Source: Pseudomonadota bacterium
GTDB taxonomy: Bacteria > Desulfobacterota > Desulfobacteria > Desulfobacterales > RPRI01
Direction: 5' to 3'
NCBI GenBank assembly: GCA_043825875.1
Contig: JBDRRF010000024.1
Location: 1 to 64,000 of the forward strand
Length of the DNA stretch: 64,000 nt
Part shown: piece by piece, positions 13,501-21,632 of the stretch
How positions within the stretch are numbered: position 1 is the first letter of the stretch
How the letters are laid out: each line of letters starts with the position of its first letter
The notes under the pieces: generated by a model
What the model was told of the DNA's origin: nothing
Database searches by the model: none
Seen by the model: only the letters and a program-made list of their open reading frames with translations
Position numbers and translations under genes: made by a program

Positions 13501-14078
13501 GGTGTGAAAATATCAAGAATACCACCTCTGATACAATAATCTCCGGGCTCTTCAACAATTACGGTTTTACAATAGCCCCCCTCAACCAGTTTCTCGATCA
13601 GGGTTTCCCTTTCTATTTCTTCATTTTCTGCAATGAGCTCAGAAAAACTTAACAATTCATTTTTTGGAATAAGCTTTCCGGCCAAAGCAGCTGGTGTTGT
13701 GACTATAATTGGCGGGGTTTGGCTTTCAATAGCTTTATATAGAGTTCTGATGCGATCCGATGCTATTTCGTTATGGTAGGAGAAGGATTTAGACGAAGAC
13801 CCATCATATTGAGGAAAAATCATTACAGGGACTTTTGGGCTGCTTAGAAAAAAATTAAGATCATTAACAAAATTGGCTCCTTCTTTTACTGAAGGCACTA
13901 TAACAAGCATTGGCAACCTGTGGCTTATATATAATTTGTATGCAATATAAGCTTTTTTCGAGCCGGACAATCCTTCGAAATCAACTCCCTGTTCTTTTTG
14001 TAAAAAGGGTTTTAAAAGATAATCGAAAGAATTATTTTTCTCTTGATTTTGACACATAAACAAAGTACCTACTTTCAT
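10539..14078 (-). CDS. mfd: Transcription-repair coupling factor (start may be 14057)
   Basis: CGDVGYGKTEVA, DEEH, TATPIPRTL, QLRGRVGRS, TRCF C-terminal domain. Confidence 0.97.
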   Translation of the reverse strand: MKVGTLFMCQNQEKNNSFDYLLKPFLQKEQGVDFEGLSGSKKAYIAYKLYISHRLPMLVIVPSVKEGANFVNDLNFFLSSPKVPVMIFPQYDGSSSKSFSYHNEIASDRIRTLYKAIESQTPPIIVTTPAALAGKLIPKNELLSFSELIAENEEIERETLIEKLVEGGYCKTVIVEEPGDYCIRGGILDIFTPLYSDPLRIELAGDIVESIRFFSASSQRSLKAVSEAVILPAKEAIIKNKDLNNFISRIREIASGLNIPVTKVRAIVDKIKTEGIFPKIEGISSLIYPKLDSLFDYIPKNSIIIMDEPEQLQQEAGKLFEKEFNNYTAACDEQSLCIDPDSIYLSWDKIYGLINERKYYTFRSIGLLSNSGHDRLSIKCDNFIKSNDSVILDLKNRIKKENYLSPLAQWIDDKKNLKCVTLIVCSTTSQAERMKSLLSPYGITMQIKEEFPHRLITKGEAYICLGHISSGFVYLDESLAIITEDEIFGAKHHLKKHVSKRPASVILAFEDLKKGDLVVHNEHGIGKFEGIVKLKLNGSTNDFLLILYKDDDRLYLPVDKMNMVFKYMGVDEISPVLDKMGGKSWDRVKERAKKSAEKIAGELLKLYAVRKVSKGFEYKNPDSYFKDFEAGFTYEETPDQLQAIDDALNDMGNSTPMDRLVCGDVGYGKTEVALRASFLAINCAKQVALLVPTTVLAEQHYSTFTARFEKYPINIECLSRFRAPKEQKRIISDISSGKADIVIGTHRLLQKDVVFKDLGLIVLDEEHRFGVKHKEKLKKLRANVDVLALTATPIPRTLHMSLTGIRDISVISTPPEHRQSIITYVSEFDEALIAQAVRKELGRKGQIYFVHNNIFSIEKIATKLQELVPEVKIGIGHGRLNEDELERVMLKFVNKDIDMLVCTTIIESGLDIPSANTIIINRADKLGLAQIYQLRGRVGRSDEQAYAYLFIPKDSILGKDAQKRLKVLMEHSDLGSGFQIAMSDLRIRGGGTILGASQSGHIAAVGYEMFLKLMEEAVCELKGEPVKEILEPEINILMSAYLSETYVPDIDQRLTAYRRLSKMTEVNEISGFKAELADRFGPLPKEASNLLIKIMLRILAQKSGVKRLNLKDRQLLLYFAMQPYIKNPSELIDMVIANKDRFEFTPDHVLKVKLSKQSFIRQIGEIKNILKEIAQRVNG

Positions 14079-14089
14079 TGAAAATATAA

Positions 14090-14165
14090 GCCGACGTAGC
14101 TCACACGGTAGAGCAGCTGATTCGTAATCAGCAGGTAGGCGGTTCGATTCCGCCCGTCGGCTCCA
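14090..14165 (+). tRNA. tRNA-Thr (anticodon CGT)
   Basis: GCCGACG/CGTCGGC acceptor stem; GCTGA-TTCGTAA-TCAGC anticodon arm; GGTTCGATTCC T-arm; encoded CCA. Confidence 0.96.
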
Positions 14166-14355
14166 AATAAATACAGGCAGTTATGTTGGAATGCATTGAG
14201 TCGTTTTTCTTTCTTTTTTCGTTTTATCCAGCTCCTGTCCCGCTTTTTCAGAATGAATATCTTATAATTCTTATACACATATATTATGTAACAAAAAAGA
14301 GGTTTCTATGATATTTTTAGATTATACTGAAAACATCATAGGACAAGAGAATATA

Positions 14356-14603
14356 ATGGCTCAATTAATTCAACTCGAAAGGCAGGATTTTGAGAAGCAT
14401 ATGAAGGCTGCTTATCAGGACTTAGCTGAAGAAAACATTAATATTTGTGAGGACTTTAAATATTCTGATGCCGAGAATCTGCCAGAGGTCACACCATGAC
14501 AACTTCCAATATTGAAGAATAGCTTGGCTTTAAAATAGATAGTCGGCAAACCCGGCCTTGTATTATGGACCATAAATTTGTGATAATTTTTTTAAAAATA
14601 TAA
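14356..14603 (+). pseudogene. Decayed mazEF/ndoAI-ndoA-type toxin-antitoxin relic
   Basis: EKHMKAAYQDLAEENINICEDF resembles the NdoAI C-terminal helix; ATGA overlap at 14496 leads into a frame with an early TAG and a GKTRPCI MazF-like motif broken by a 1-nt frameshift. Confidence 0.55.
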
Positions 14604-14949
14604 TTTATAAAAAAATACCAATAGAATATAAAACAGGGCAAATATAATATATCCTATTGTAACTATAAGATATATTGTTCTTATATTGTATTGTGATGAT
14701 GAATGTTTCTGTATTATTAATCTTTTTTTCTTTTTTTAATCTCTTGACATACTATCAATGTCCGTATATTTTAAACACTTACATAGACTTATGATCTATC
14801 TTAATTATATAAGTCCTGTTATATTGAAAACACGAATGAAAGCATAAAGCCTAATAGCTATTAAAAGGCCGTCGACTTGATTTCTACCGGTTGACCTGAT
14901 TATTAATTGTTGCACATGACATGAATTTTTTTAGTGGTTTGGAACATAA

Positions 14950-15288
14950 ATGAATTGTATTGATGCTGTTGAAGGTACCGTAAAATCCATAATTAACGGC
15001 CTCTTTCAACTTTTTATTGAATCCGGCCTTGATGATACCGAATACATTAGAAGTATAAAAAAAGTTTTGGATTCAACCGATACTTTTCTCCGAAACAATA
15101 AAGAAATTGCAGGCAATCCTAAAACATTGAAAGATGTTCTTTATGGATATGCCAAGGATTTATGGCTGAAACAGCTTGTTAATAAAACAAAAAGCAGTGA
15201 TGATGTTAAAGAACAAATCGTTGAAAAAATGGAATATTATGAGTATTATTTTGACTATATATATGGCCATGGAACATATCCGCGCTGA
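14950..15288 (+). CDS. Hypothetical protein
   Basis: 112-aa ORF with ordinary composition in an otherwise empty intergenic region. Confidence 0.7.
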   Translation: MNCIDAVEGTVKSIINGLFQLFIESGLDDTEYIRSIKKVLDSTDTFLRNNKEIAGNPKTLKDVLYGYAKDLWLKQLVNKTKSSDDVKEQIVEKMEYYEYYFDYIYGHGTYPR

Positions 15289-15514
15289 TTATTAATAAAG
15301 TTGAGTGTGCTTTTGTTAAATAGTATGAAAGAAGATGCAGGATTAAAAACTTATATTGATAAAATATTAAAAAAACAGATAATATTATTGGAAAACAAAA
15401 AATCTGATAGAGAGTTAATAAGCAAAATGCCTTACGGGCGTTTATTTATAACAGTATGTTTATTCTAAATTTACATCTTAATCTGTAAGTGAAAAAAGAT
15501 TATTAGGAGGTGCC

Positions 15515-15799
15515 ATGGCTTTAACTAAAAATGACATTGTTGCTAGAGTACATGAACTCGGCTTTACCAAGAAAAAATCGGTCGATATCATAGAATCTCT
15601 TCTTATGATAATTAAGGATACTCTTGAAACCGGTGATGATGTATTAATATCCGGATTCGGTAAATTTTGTGTAAAGAAAAAGAGCCAGAGAAGAGGTAGA
15701 AATCCGGCTACAGGTTCCGATTTGATCCTGAGAGGAAGAAGGGTAGTTACTTTCAAATGCTCCGGGAAATTAAGGGATAAAATTAATAAAAACGAGTAG
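15515..15799 (+). CDS. ihfA: Integration host factor alpha subunit
   Basis: MALTKNDI...ISGFGKF...GRNPATG...RRVVTFKCSGKLRDKIN; AGGAGG RBS. Confidence 0.92.
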   Translation: MALTKNDIVARVHELGFTKKKSVDIIESLLMIIKDTLETGDDVLISGFGKFCVKKKSQRRGRNPATGSDLILRGRRVVTFKCSGKLRDKINKNE

Positions 15800-15941
15800 A
15801 GCCAGTTTCAAAACGCCCCATTTTGGCTGATCTTAAGCGTTGGGCTCAAATTTCAATCCTCGAAATACCCAATGTATTACTGCGGTTGAAATTTTCGCCC
15901 GCCTTGAGCTTGACCAAACTGAAACGTTTTGAAAGTGGCTC
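15799..15941 (+). mobile_element. 143-bp hairpin MITE
   Basis: 17-bp terminal inverted repeats; flanks GAGTA/GAATA; its first G completes the ihfA TAG stop. Confidence 0.9.
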
Positions 15942-16004
15942 GAATAGAGTTTTTATAGCCTTAGAAACTGCAATCGTGAATTTTGCCCAACATTTTTTCA
16001 AATA

Positions 16005-16045
16005 TGCCCAAGGTGGGTGCATAAGACAGGTGTCCACTTTGGGCA
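16005..16045. terminator. Hairpin between convergent ihfA and the response regulator
   Basis: TGCCCAAGGTGG...CCACTTTGGGCA inverted repeat. Confidence 0.45.
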
Positions 16046-16058
16046 GTATATTTATTTA

Positions 16059-16201
16059 GAGCCAGTTTCAAAACGCCCCATTTTGGCCGATCTTAAGCGT
16101 TGGGCTCAAATTTCAATCCTCGAAATACTCAATGTATTCCTGCGGTTGAAATTTTCGCCCGCCTTGAGCTTGACCAAACTGAAACATTTTGAAAGTGGCT
16201 C
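16059..16201 (+). mobile_element. 143-bp hairpin MITE
   Basis: Terminal inverted repeats plus a perfect 4-bp target duplication TTTA. Confidence 0.92.
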
Positions 16202-16230
16202 TTTAGTTATATTAAAAGCAGCCCTGTGAT

Positions 16231-17613
16231 TTATAATTTGATGTCATAGGTTTTCATTTTACTTAAAAGCGAAGGGTGGCTTATTTCAAGAAGTTGAGCT
16301 GCTTTTGTTCTGTTACCGTTTGTTGCCCCAAGAGCTTTTTCAATCAGCTTTTTTTCAATAGTTGCTTGAGCCACTTTTATTGAATACCCGTCTATATTAT
16401 CATCTGCTTTGCCTGCTTTTTTAATTGACAGTTCCGGGGGAAAGTTATCAGGTATAAGAACGGGTTGTTCAGCAAGTACGACCGCCCTTTCAATAATATT
16501 CTCAAGTTCTCTTACATTTCCGGGCCAGTCATGTGAAAGCAGCAAGGACATTGCAGCTGGTGAAATACTTGTAATATCTTTACCTATTTTTATATTTAAA
16601 GCATTTATGAAATGCTCGCATAAAAGCGGGATATCTTCCGTTCTTTCTTTAAGGGGCGGAATTTTAATCGTAAGAACATTAAGCCTGTAGTAAAGGTCCT
16701 GCCTGAAGGCGGATGTCTTGATCTCTTCTTCAAGATTTTTTGAAGTTGCCGCTATAACCCTAACGTCAATTGTTTTTGTTTTGGAATCGCCTACCGGTCT
16801 TATTTCACTTTCCTGTAAAACCCTAAGTATTTTCACCTGTAAAGAAAGAGGCAGTTCTCCTATCTCATCTAAAAAAATTGTCCCGCTGTCAGCCTCTTCA
16901 AAAAGCCCTTTTTTATCCCGATCCGCGCCAGTAAATGCTCCTTTCTTATGTCCGAAAAGCTCGCTTTCAAGAAGGTTTTCCGGTATGCCGCCGCAATTAA
17001 CTGGGACAAGAGGTTTTTTAGATCTGCTTCCTCCGAAATGAATTCCTCTGGCTATAAGCTCTTTGCCTGTTCCGCTGTCACCTATAATTAAAATCGTTGT
17101 ATTATACTGGGCGGCTTTGGCAGAAAGTGTAAAAACCGATTCCATGCTTTTGCTTTTTGCTATCATATTTCCGAAAGAATATCTTCCTTCAATTTTATCA
17201 ATTTCCTGACGCAATAAACGGTTTTCGTTTTTTAACAGCTCTCTTTCCTCAGCTTTTTTCAAGGCAAGAAATACTTCATCTGCTTTAAACGGTTTTGAAA
17301 TATAATCATATGCGCCCTCTTTCATGGCTTCGATTGCCGTATCCATTGAGCCGTATGCAGACATCATTATGATGGTGGCGTTTATCTTGTTTCTGACCTT
17401 TTTTAAAAAATCGATCCCATTCATTTTGGGCATTTTAATGTCACAAAGAATAAAATCATATTGTGTGCTTTCAACCATCATAAGGCCTTCGTATCCGTCA
17501 GCGGCCGTATCAACGGTATAACCGAATTTCTTCAGCATAGCATTTAACATATGACGCATATTATCTTCATCATCAATTACAAGAAGCCGTTTTTGTGGTT
17601 TTTTATTTTCCAT
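16231..17613 (-). CDS. Sigma54-dependent response regulator (NtrC/AtoC family)
   Basis: Receiver domain (IDDE, DIKMP), GDSGTGKE, GAFTGA, WPGNVRELEN, Fis-type HTH. Confidence 0.95.
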   Translation of the reverse strand: MENKKPQKRLLVIDDEDNMRHMLNAMLKKFGYTVDTAADGYEGLMMVESTQYDFILCDIKMPKMNGIDFLKKVRNKINATIIMMSAYGSMDTAIEAMKEGAYDYISKPFKADEVFLALKKAEERELLKNENRLLRQEIDKIEGRYSFGNMIAKSKSMESVFTLSAKAAQYNTTILIIGDSGTGKELIARGIHFGGSRSKKPLVPVNCGGIPENLLESELFGHKKGAFTGADRDKKGLFEEADSGTIFLDEIGELPLSLQVKILRVLQESEIRPVGDSKTKTIDVRVIAATSKNLEEEIKTSAFRQDLYYRLNVLTIKIPPLKERTEDIPLLCEHFINALNIKIGKDITSISPAAMSLLLSHDWPGNVRELENIIERAVVLAEQPVLIPDNFPPELSIKKAGKADDNIDGYSIKVAQATIEKKLIEKALGATNGNRTKAAQLLEISHPSLLSKMKTYDIKL

Positions 17614-17619
17614 AATTTT

Positions 17620-19173
17620 TTATGCAGTTATTTCTTCACAAAGAGGAAGATATATGGATATTGCGGTTCCTTCTCCTTTATTGCTTATAGCCTCAATCTT
17701 TCCTCCCATGCTTTCAATAAGAGAAAAGCAAACAAACAATCCAAGACCGGTACCCTTACCTGATTCTTTTGTGGTATAGAAAGGATCGAAAATATTGCCT
17801 ATGTCATCCTTGTCAATTCCGGAGCCATTATCAATTACAGAAATTTTTAATGTCTGCATGTTATTAATTGCTTTAGCATCAGCACTGCTGATAACTTCAC
17901 TCTTTATCCGGATTTGTCCTGTCAGTTTATCCTTTGATGAAGAAATCGCATCCGCAGCATTTATAACAAGATTTAAAAAAATCTGTTTTAACTGATTTGG
18001 ATCAGATAATATAATATCATTTTTTGCTTCAAGCAAAAGCTTTAATTTAATACCGGACATAAAAGGCTGATATTTTACAATCTCAGCAATATCCTGTATT
18101 GTTTCATGAGCCCCGGTTTTTGTTTGGTTTATCTCCGAAGGACGGGAAAAATCAAGAAGCTGGCGGATTATAACGTTTATTCTGTTAATTTCGCTTTCAG
18201 CCCTTTCTATATATTCATTTCTTTCATGGTCGGGGATATTCTCCTGCTTTAGCAGATCCAGATAACCTAGTACTATTCCAATCGGATTTCCTATTTCATG
18301 AGCTATCCCGGATGATAATCTGCCCACGGAAGCAAGCTTTTCCGCCCTAATAACGTCTCTTTCAGCTTTTTGTAAATCAGCATTCATCTTCTCAAGAGAT
18401 TGCACATTGGCCAGAAGTTTTTCCTTATCTCCCGAAATTCTTTTCAAAAGCCGGTTTAAAGCTTTTGATAGTTTGTTGAATTCATTTTCTTTGTTGCCAT
18501 GCATGAAAAAGAATTCATCTTCTTCCCGGAATTCATCAGCTCTTTTAAGCATTTGCTGAACAGGTTTTACAGCAATTTTTGAAACAAAATAAAGCCCTAC
18601 AATAGTCAATACAAAAGCATTTACCATTAAATAAGCAATAAGTACTTTCTGGGAGTTTCTTATAGAACTGTAGATATTTTCAAGCTCCATAACAATGCCT
18701 GCCCCTGCCCGGATTTTCCCATCCACGGACAGAGGGGAAGATATCATAAGATAACGATCCTGCATCCACAACACACCCCAGATTGTTCCTGCGTAACTTA
18801 TTGTGTTATCGAGAGAATTAACTGCTCTTTCTGTTGCAATTATTATATCATCGGAAAGCTTGCAATTTGTACCACCGGAATAAAGGAGGTTTAAATTTTT
18901 ATCCTGTACCAGGATGCAGGAAAAGTCCGCTGTTTTTAAATTTTTTTCCAATCCTTTGATGTATTCCGGCTCAATAAAGATACTTTTATTGTCATCAGCT
19001 ATTAAAATATGATTTTCCAAATCGGATAAAATAAGATGCGCTTTAGATATTTCTGATTTAACGAGGCTTTTTTGGGCTGTTATAATCATAACAAAATCTA
19101 CAAGAAACATTGCAACAATTAATAGTATTGCAATACAAAGTGCGATATTCGTTTTTATTCCCTGAAGAGTCAC
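17620..19173 (-). CDS. Membrane sensor histidine kinase
   Basis: Two TM segments, HAMP-like linker, AHEIGNP H-box, N, D/F and G boxes. Confidence 0.93.
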   Translation of the reverse strand: MTLQGIKTNIALCIAILLIVAMFLVDFVMIITAQKSLVKSEISKAHLILSDLENHILIADDNKSIFIEPEYIKGLEKNLKTADFSCILVQDKNLNLLYSGGTNCKLSDDIIIATERAVNSLDNTISYAGTIWGVLWMQDRYLMISSPLSVDGKIRAGAGIVMELENIYSSIRNSQKVLIAYLMVNAFVLTIVGLYFVSKIAVKPVQQMLKRADEFREEDEFFFMHGNKENEFNKLSKALNRLLKRISGDKEKLLANVQSLEKMNADLQKAERDVIRAEKLASVGRLSSGIAHEIGNPIGIVLGYLDLLKQENIPDHERNEYIERAESEINRINVIIRQLLDFSRPSEINQTKTGAHETIQDIAEIVKYQPFMSGIKLKLLLEAKNDIILSDPNQLKQIFLNLVINAADAISSSKDKLTGQIRIKSEVISSADAKAINNMQTLKISVIDNGSGIDKDDIGNIFDPFYTTKESGKGTGLGLFVCFSLIESMGGKIEAISNKGEGTAISIYLPLCEEITA

Positions 19174-19536
19174 TATAAGCTCTGCTGATTATAACTGTTT
19201 GAAGAATCGGTTCTTCTCCTGAATACTTGAACCCTAATTGGAACAACATCTCTTTTGAAGATGATGCAATTATCTTAAATCATTATTACAATATAATTGC
19301 ATATTTTTGCAATAACTAAACGTAAGATTTTAAAAGAATGCCAAATCGATACTTTCTTTACGAAAGATGAAAGCCCGTTATTGCAAAAAGCCTCTTGATA
19401 GATTATATATAATTTCAAAGCAATTGAGATGATTGGTGCTTGTTTAAAAGAATTAAAATAATTTTTATCTTTTCGGATATCATATATTTGTAAGGTTATC
19501 CAGAACAGCTCAATAAATTGTTATCCTACTGAAAAT

Positions 19537-19920
19537 ATGACATATCAAAGTCGTGATAGAAAATATAGACTTAGGAAATTCAGGAAGACGTATGGAAATG
19601 GAGAATTCCAGTTTTTGGGTTTAAATGTTGAACCAGTCCATCAAATTCCTAAAAATATTGAAAATGGGAATGAATTTGATTATTGGGTGACTAATTCATA
19701 TGATCGAATTCTGGTTTCATTTGAAAAGAGTTTGGAAGAAACAATCATTTTTCAGAGAACTGATCCTCAAAGCAACATGCATATAAGATTCAAAACAAAT
19801 ATCAATCGACTTGATGGTTTAGAACTTAAGAAACTCTTTGAACGGATACGACAAATTGGTATTCCTAAATCTATAAAAGGAAAATTTCAATATAGAATAA
19901 GCTATATAAATAATGGATAA
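19537..19920 (+). CDS. Cassette 1 hypothetical protein
   Basis: Bounded by GTTATCC (19495) and complementary GGATAAC (19915), which contains the stop codon. Confidence 0.75.
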   Translation: MTYQSRDRKYRLRKFRKTYGNGEFQFLGLNVEPVHQIPKNIENGNEFDYWVTNSYDRILVSFEKSLEETIIFQRTDPQSNMHIRFKTNINRLDGLELKKLFERIRQIGIPKSIKGKFQYRISYINNG

Positions 19921-19974
19921 CAATTGCATTAAGAGCGACGGCAAAAAGCCGCCGCGGCTTATGCTGACTTATAA
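19915..19974 (+). other. attC site 1 (right-hand GTT mutated to CTT)
   Basis: GGATAAC...GCATTAAGAGCGACGGCAAAAAGCCGCCGCGGCTTATGC...CTTATAA. Confidence 0.75.
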
Positions 19975-20007
19975 AGCCATATTCATGTTAATAACGAGGA
20001 GAAGAAG

Positions 20008-20256
20008 ATGACTTTTAAAAATGCCGAATATTCAAATTATAGTGACATTGTTTTTTACAGGAGGAGATGGTTTTGGGGTCTTGCTATTCTCCTACTTACC
20101 CCAGTCGGTATTTTGATTGGTTTGACCGGAGACGTATATTGCAATCAAAAAGGCCAAATTACTAGCCTCCACAAGGCTAGCCGTATTGTTGTGTGCATTG
20201 GATTTCTTGCATTAATTTTAATTAAATTTGTTGGTCCAGTTTTTGTTAAACGGTAA
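20008..20256 (+). CDS. Cassette 2 small membrane protein
   Basis: Two hydrophobic segments; GGAG RBS. Confidence 0.75.
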   Translation: MTFKNAEYSNYSDIVFYRRRWFWGLAILLLTPVGILIGLTGDVYCNQKGQITSLHKASRIVVCIGFLALILIKFVGPVFVKR

Positions 20257-20258
20257 AT

Positions 20259-20318
20259 ACCCAACATCTTTTTGCACTGGACGCCAAACAGCCAGCGCCA
20301 GTGAAAATGGCGTAACTA
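20259..20318 (+). other. attC site 2 (right-hand GTT mutated to GTA)
   Basis: ACCCAAC...TTTGCACTGGACGC...GCGCCAGTGAAA...GTAACTA with bulged bases. Confidence 0.75.
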
Positions 20319-20336
20319 CAAACAAAGGAAAATGTC

Positions 20337-20849
20337 TTGAAAAAGAAATGCTACATATTAGCAGGGCCTAATGGGGCAGGTAAAACGACATTTGCAAATG
20401 AATTTCTCCCTATTGAGGCGGAATGCTTGAATTTTATCAATGCAGATTTGATTGCTCAAGGCCTATCGCCTTTTCAACCGGAAAAAATGGGCGTAGAAGC
20501 CGGCAGATTAATGATTAATCACATTTCTGAATGTGTTAGAACAAATGAATCATTTGCGTTTGAAACAACGCTTAGCGGAAGAGGGTATGTGCAAAAAATA
20601 AATGACTGGAAAAAACGAGACTACGAAATTATCATCTATTTCTTAAAACTCCCTTCTGTTGAATTTGCATTGGAGAGGGTTCGCCTAAGAGTCTCAAGAG
20701 GAGGCCATGACGTTCCGGAAGAAACTGTAAGAAGGAGATTTGAAAGAAGTTGGAAAAACTTTAACATACTTTACAAACCTCTGGCAGATGCATGGATTGT
20801 GTTTGACACTTCCGGAAAAACGCCAGTTGTAATAGACGAATCGGAGTAA
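20337..20849 (+). CDS. Zeta-toxin-like P-loop protein (COG4185-type), cassette 3
   Basis: AGPNGAGKTT, INADLIA, FETTLSG, RVSRGGHDVP. Confidence 0.88.
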   Translation: MKKKCYILAGPNGAGKTTFANEFLPIEAECLNFINADLIAQGLSPFQPEKMGVEAGRLMINHISECVRTNESFAFETTLSGRGYVQKINDWKKRDYEIIIYFLKLPSVEFALERVRLRVSRGGHDVPEETVRRRFERSWKNFNILYKPLADAWIVFDTSGKTPVVIDESE

Positions 20850-20854
20850 GTACT

Positions 20855-21037
20855 ATGAAAAAGCACAACAAATATACAATTATTGGTCTGAGAGCTTTGC
20901 AGCGTGCAGCAGAAAAAGTCGCTGAAGATGCAAGGAAAAATAATTATAAGATTCCAGTATGGATAAATGGTCGCATCGAATATGAGATACCGGGACAGAT
21001 CACCGAACAATCAGTTTCAGCCGATAAAGACGGCTGA
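20855..21037 (+). CDS. Small partner protein (putative antitoxin), cassette 3
   Basis: Starts 5 nt after the zeta-like gene; ALQRAAEKVAEDAR...IPVWING pattern; reads into attC 3. Confidence 0.7.
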   Translation: MKKHNKYTIIGLRALQRAAEKVAEDARKNNYKIPVWINGRIEYEIPGQITEQSVSADKDG

Positions 21038-21163
21038 AACTGATTGTTGAGCCTGTCGAAAAACTCTAAAATCTGGATTTTAGTATTTGTAACTATCTGA
21101 TATTATAGAATGTAAAATGACCAAATTAACCGTTTTGGGACTTTTTCGACAGTCTCGTTCGCA
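21002..21163 (+). other. attC site 3, interrupted by a MITE
   Basis: Removing 21049-21159 restores a 20-bp perfect palindrome CGAACAATCAGTTTCAGCCG/CGGCTGAAACTGATTGTTCG. Confidence 0.75.
21049..21156. mobile_element. 108-bp non-autonomous IS-like element (MITE)
   Basis: Terminal inverted repeats GAGCCTGTCGAAAAACTC / GACTTTTTCGACAGTCTC (16/18); GTT on both sides. Confidence 0.85.
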
Positions 21164-21186
21164 GACCGAATCTGAGATTTAAAAAC

Positions 21187-21510
21187 ATGAAGAAAGCATA
21201 TTTAGGCAAGTGGCATATCAGAAAAATGGATCTATGGGATAAAGAGTTTATCGACCTTGACGGCCCAGGTTACCTATCCGTAAAGAGAGGCGGCGAAGGA
21301 ATACTCCAATTTGGAGCTGTAAGGGCTACTGTAGATTATGAAGTAGAATTAATCGGAGATGTTGAGCGTTTAGAGTTCTCTTTTGAAGGCGAGGATGAAG
21401 GCGATCCAGTGTGCGGTCGGGGTTGGGCGCAAGTTGATAGCCAGAATATGACAGGCAAGATCTATTTCCACTATGGTGATGAATCGGGTTTTGTTGCTGA
21501 AAAGGAGTAG
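21187..21510 (+). CDS. Cassette 4 hypothetical beta-barrel-like protein
   Basis: GKWHIRKMDLWD...FSFEGEDEGDPVCGRGWA; lies between attC sites. Confidence 0.8.
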   Translation: MKKAYLGKWHIRKMDLWDKEFIDLDGPGYLSVKRGGEGILQFGAVRATVDYEVELIGDVERLEFSFEGEDEGDPVCGRGWAQVDSQNMTGKIYFHYGDESGFVAEKE

Positions 21511-21521
21511 GTGAGCGCTGG

Positions 21522-21624
21522 CGCTAACATTTTAGTGGAGTAGACGGGGAAAAGAGATACCCTTTTTCGTCAACACCGTAGGTATTCGACCTTTTTTGGC
21601 CCGCTGCGCACCAATTCGTTAGAA
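21522..21624 (+). other. attC site 4
   Basis: CGCTAAC...GTGGAGTAGACGGG...CCCGCTGCGCAC...GTTAGAA. Confidence 0.75.
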
Positions 21625-21632
21625 GGTGAGAC

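Noticed and set aside
14090..14165. Intact tRNA-anchored genomic island
   Set aside because: No integrase next to the tRNA, and I found no duplicated tRNA 3' end by eye.
14075..14278. 67-aa minus-strand ORF
   Set aside because: Antisense translation of the tRNA-Thr gene.
15324..15468. 47-codon ORF upstream of ihfA
   Set aside because: No RBS or motif; likely AT-rich promoter DNA.
15799..16201. Possible CRISPR array (repeat-spacer-repeat)
   Set aside because: Repeats are 143 bp with terminal inverted repeats and target duplications, there are only two in tandem, and no cas genes are present.
16231..19173. Naming the two-component pair pilS/pilR
   Set aside because: Generic NtrC-family features only; not adjacent to pilin genes.
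19174..19494. Integron integrase or a clear attI upstream of the array
   Set aside because: No tyrosine-recombinase ORF here or elsewhere in the window; only the GTTATCC core is visible.
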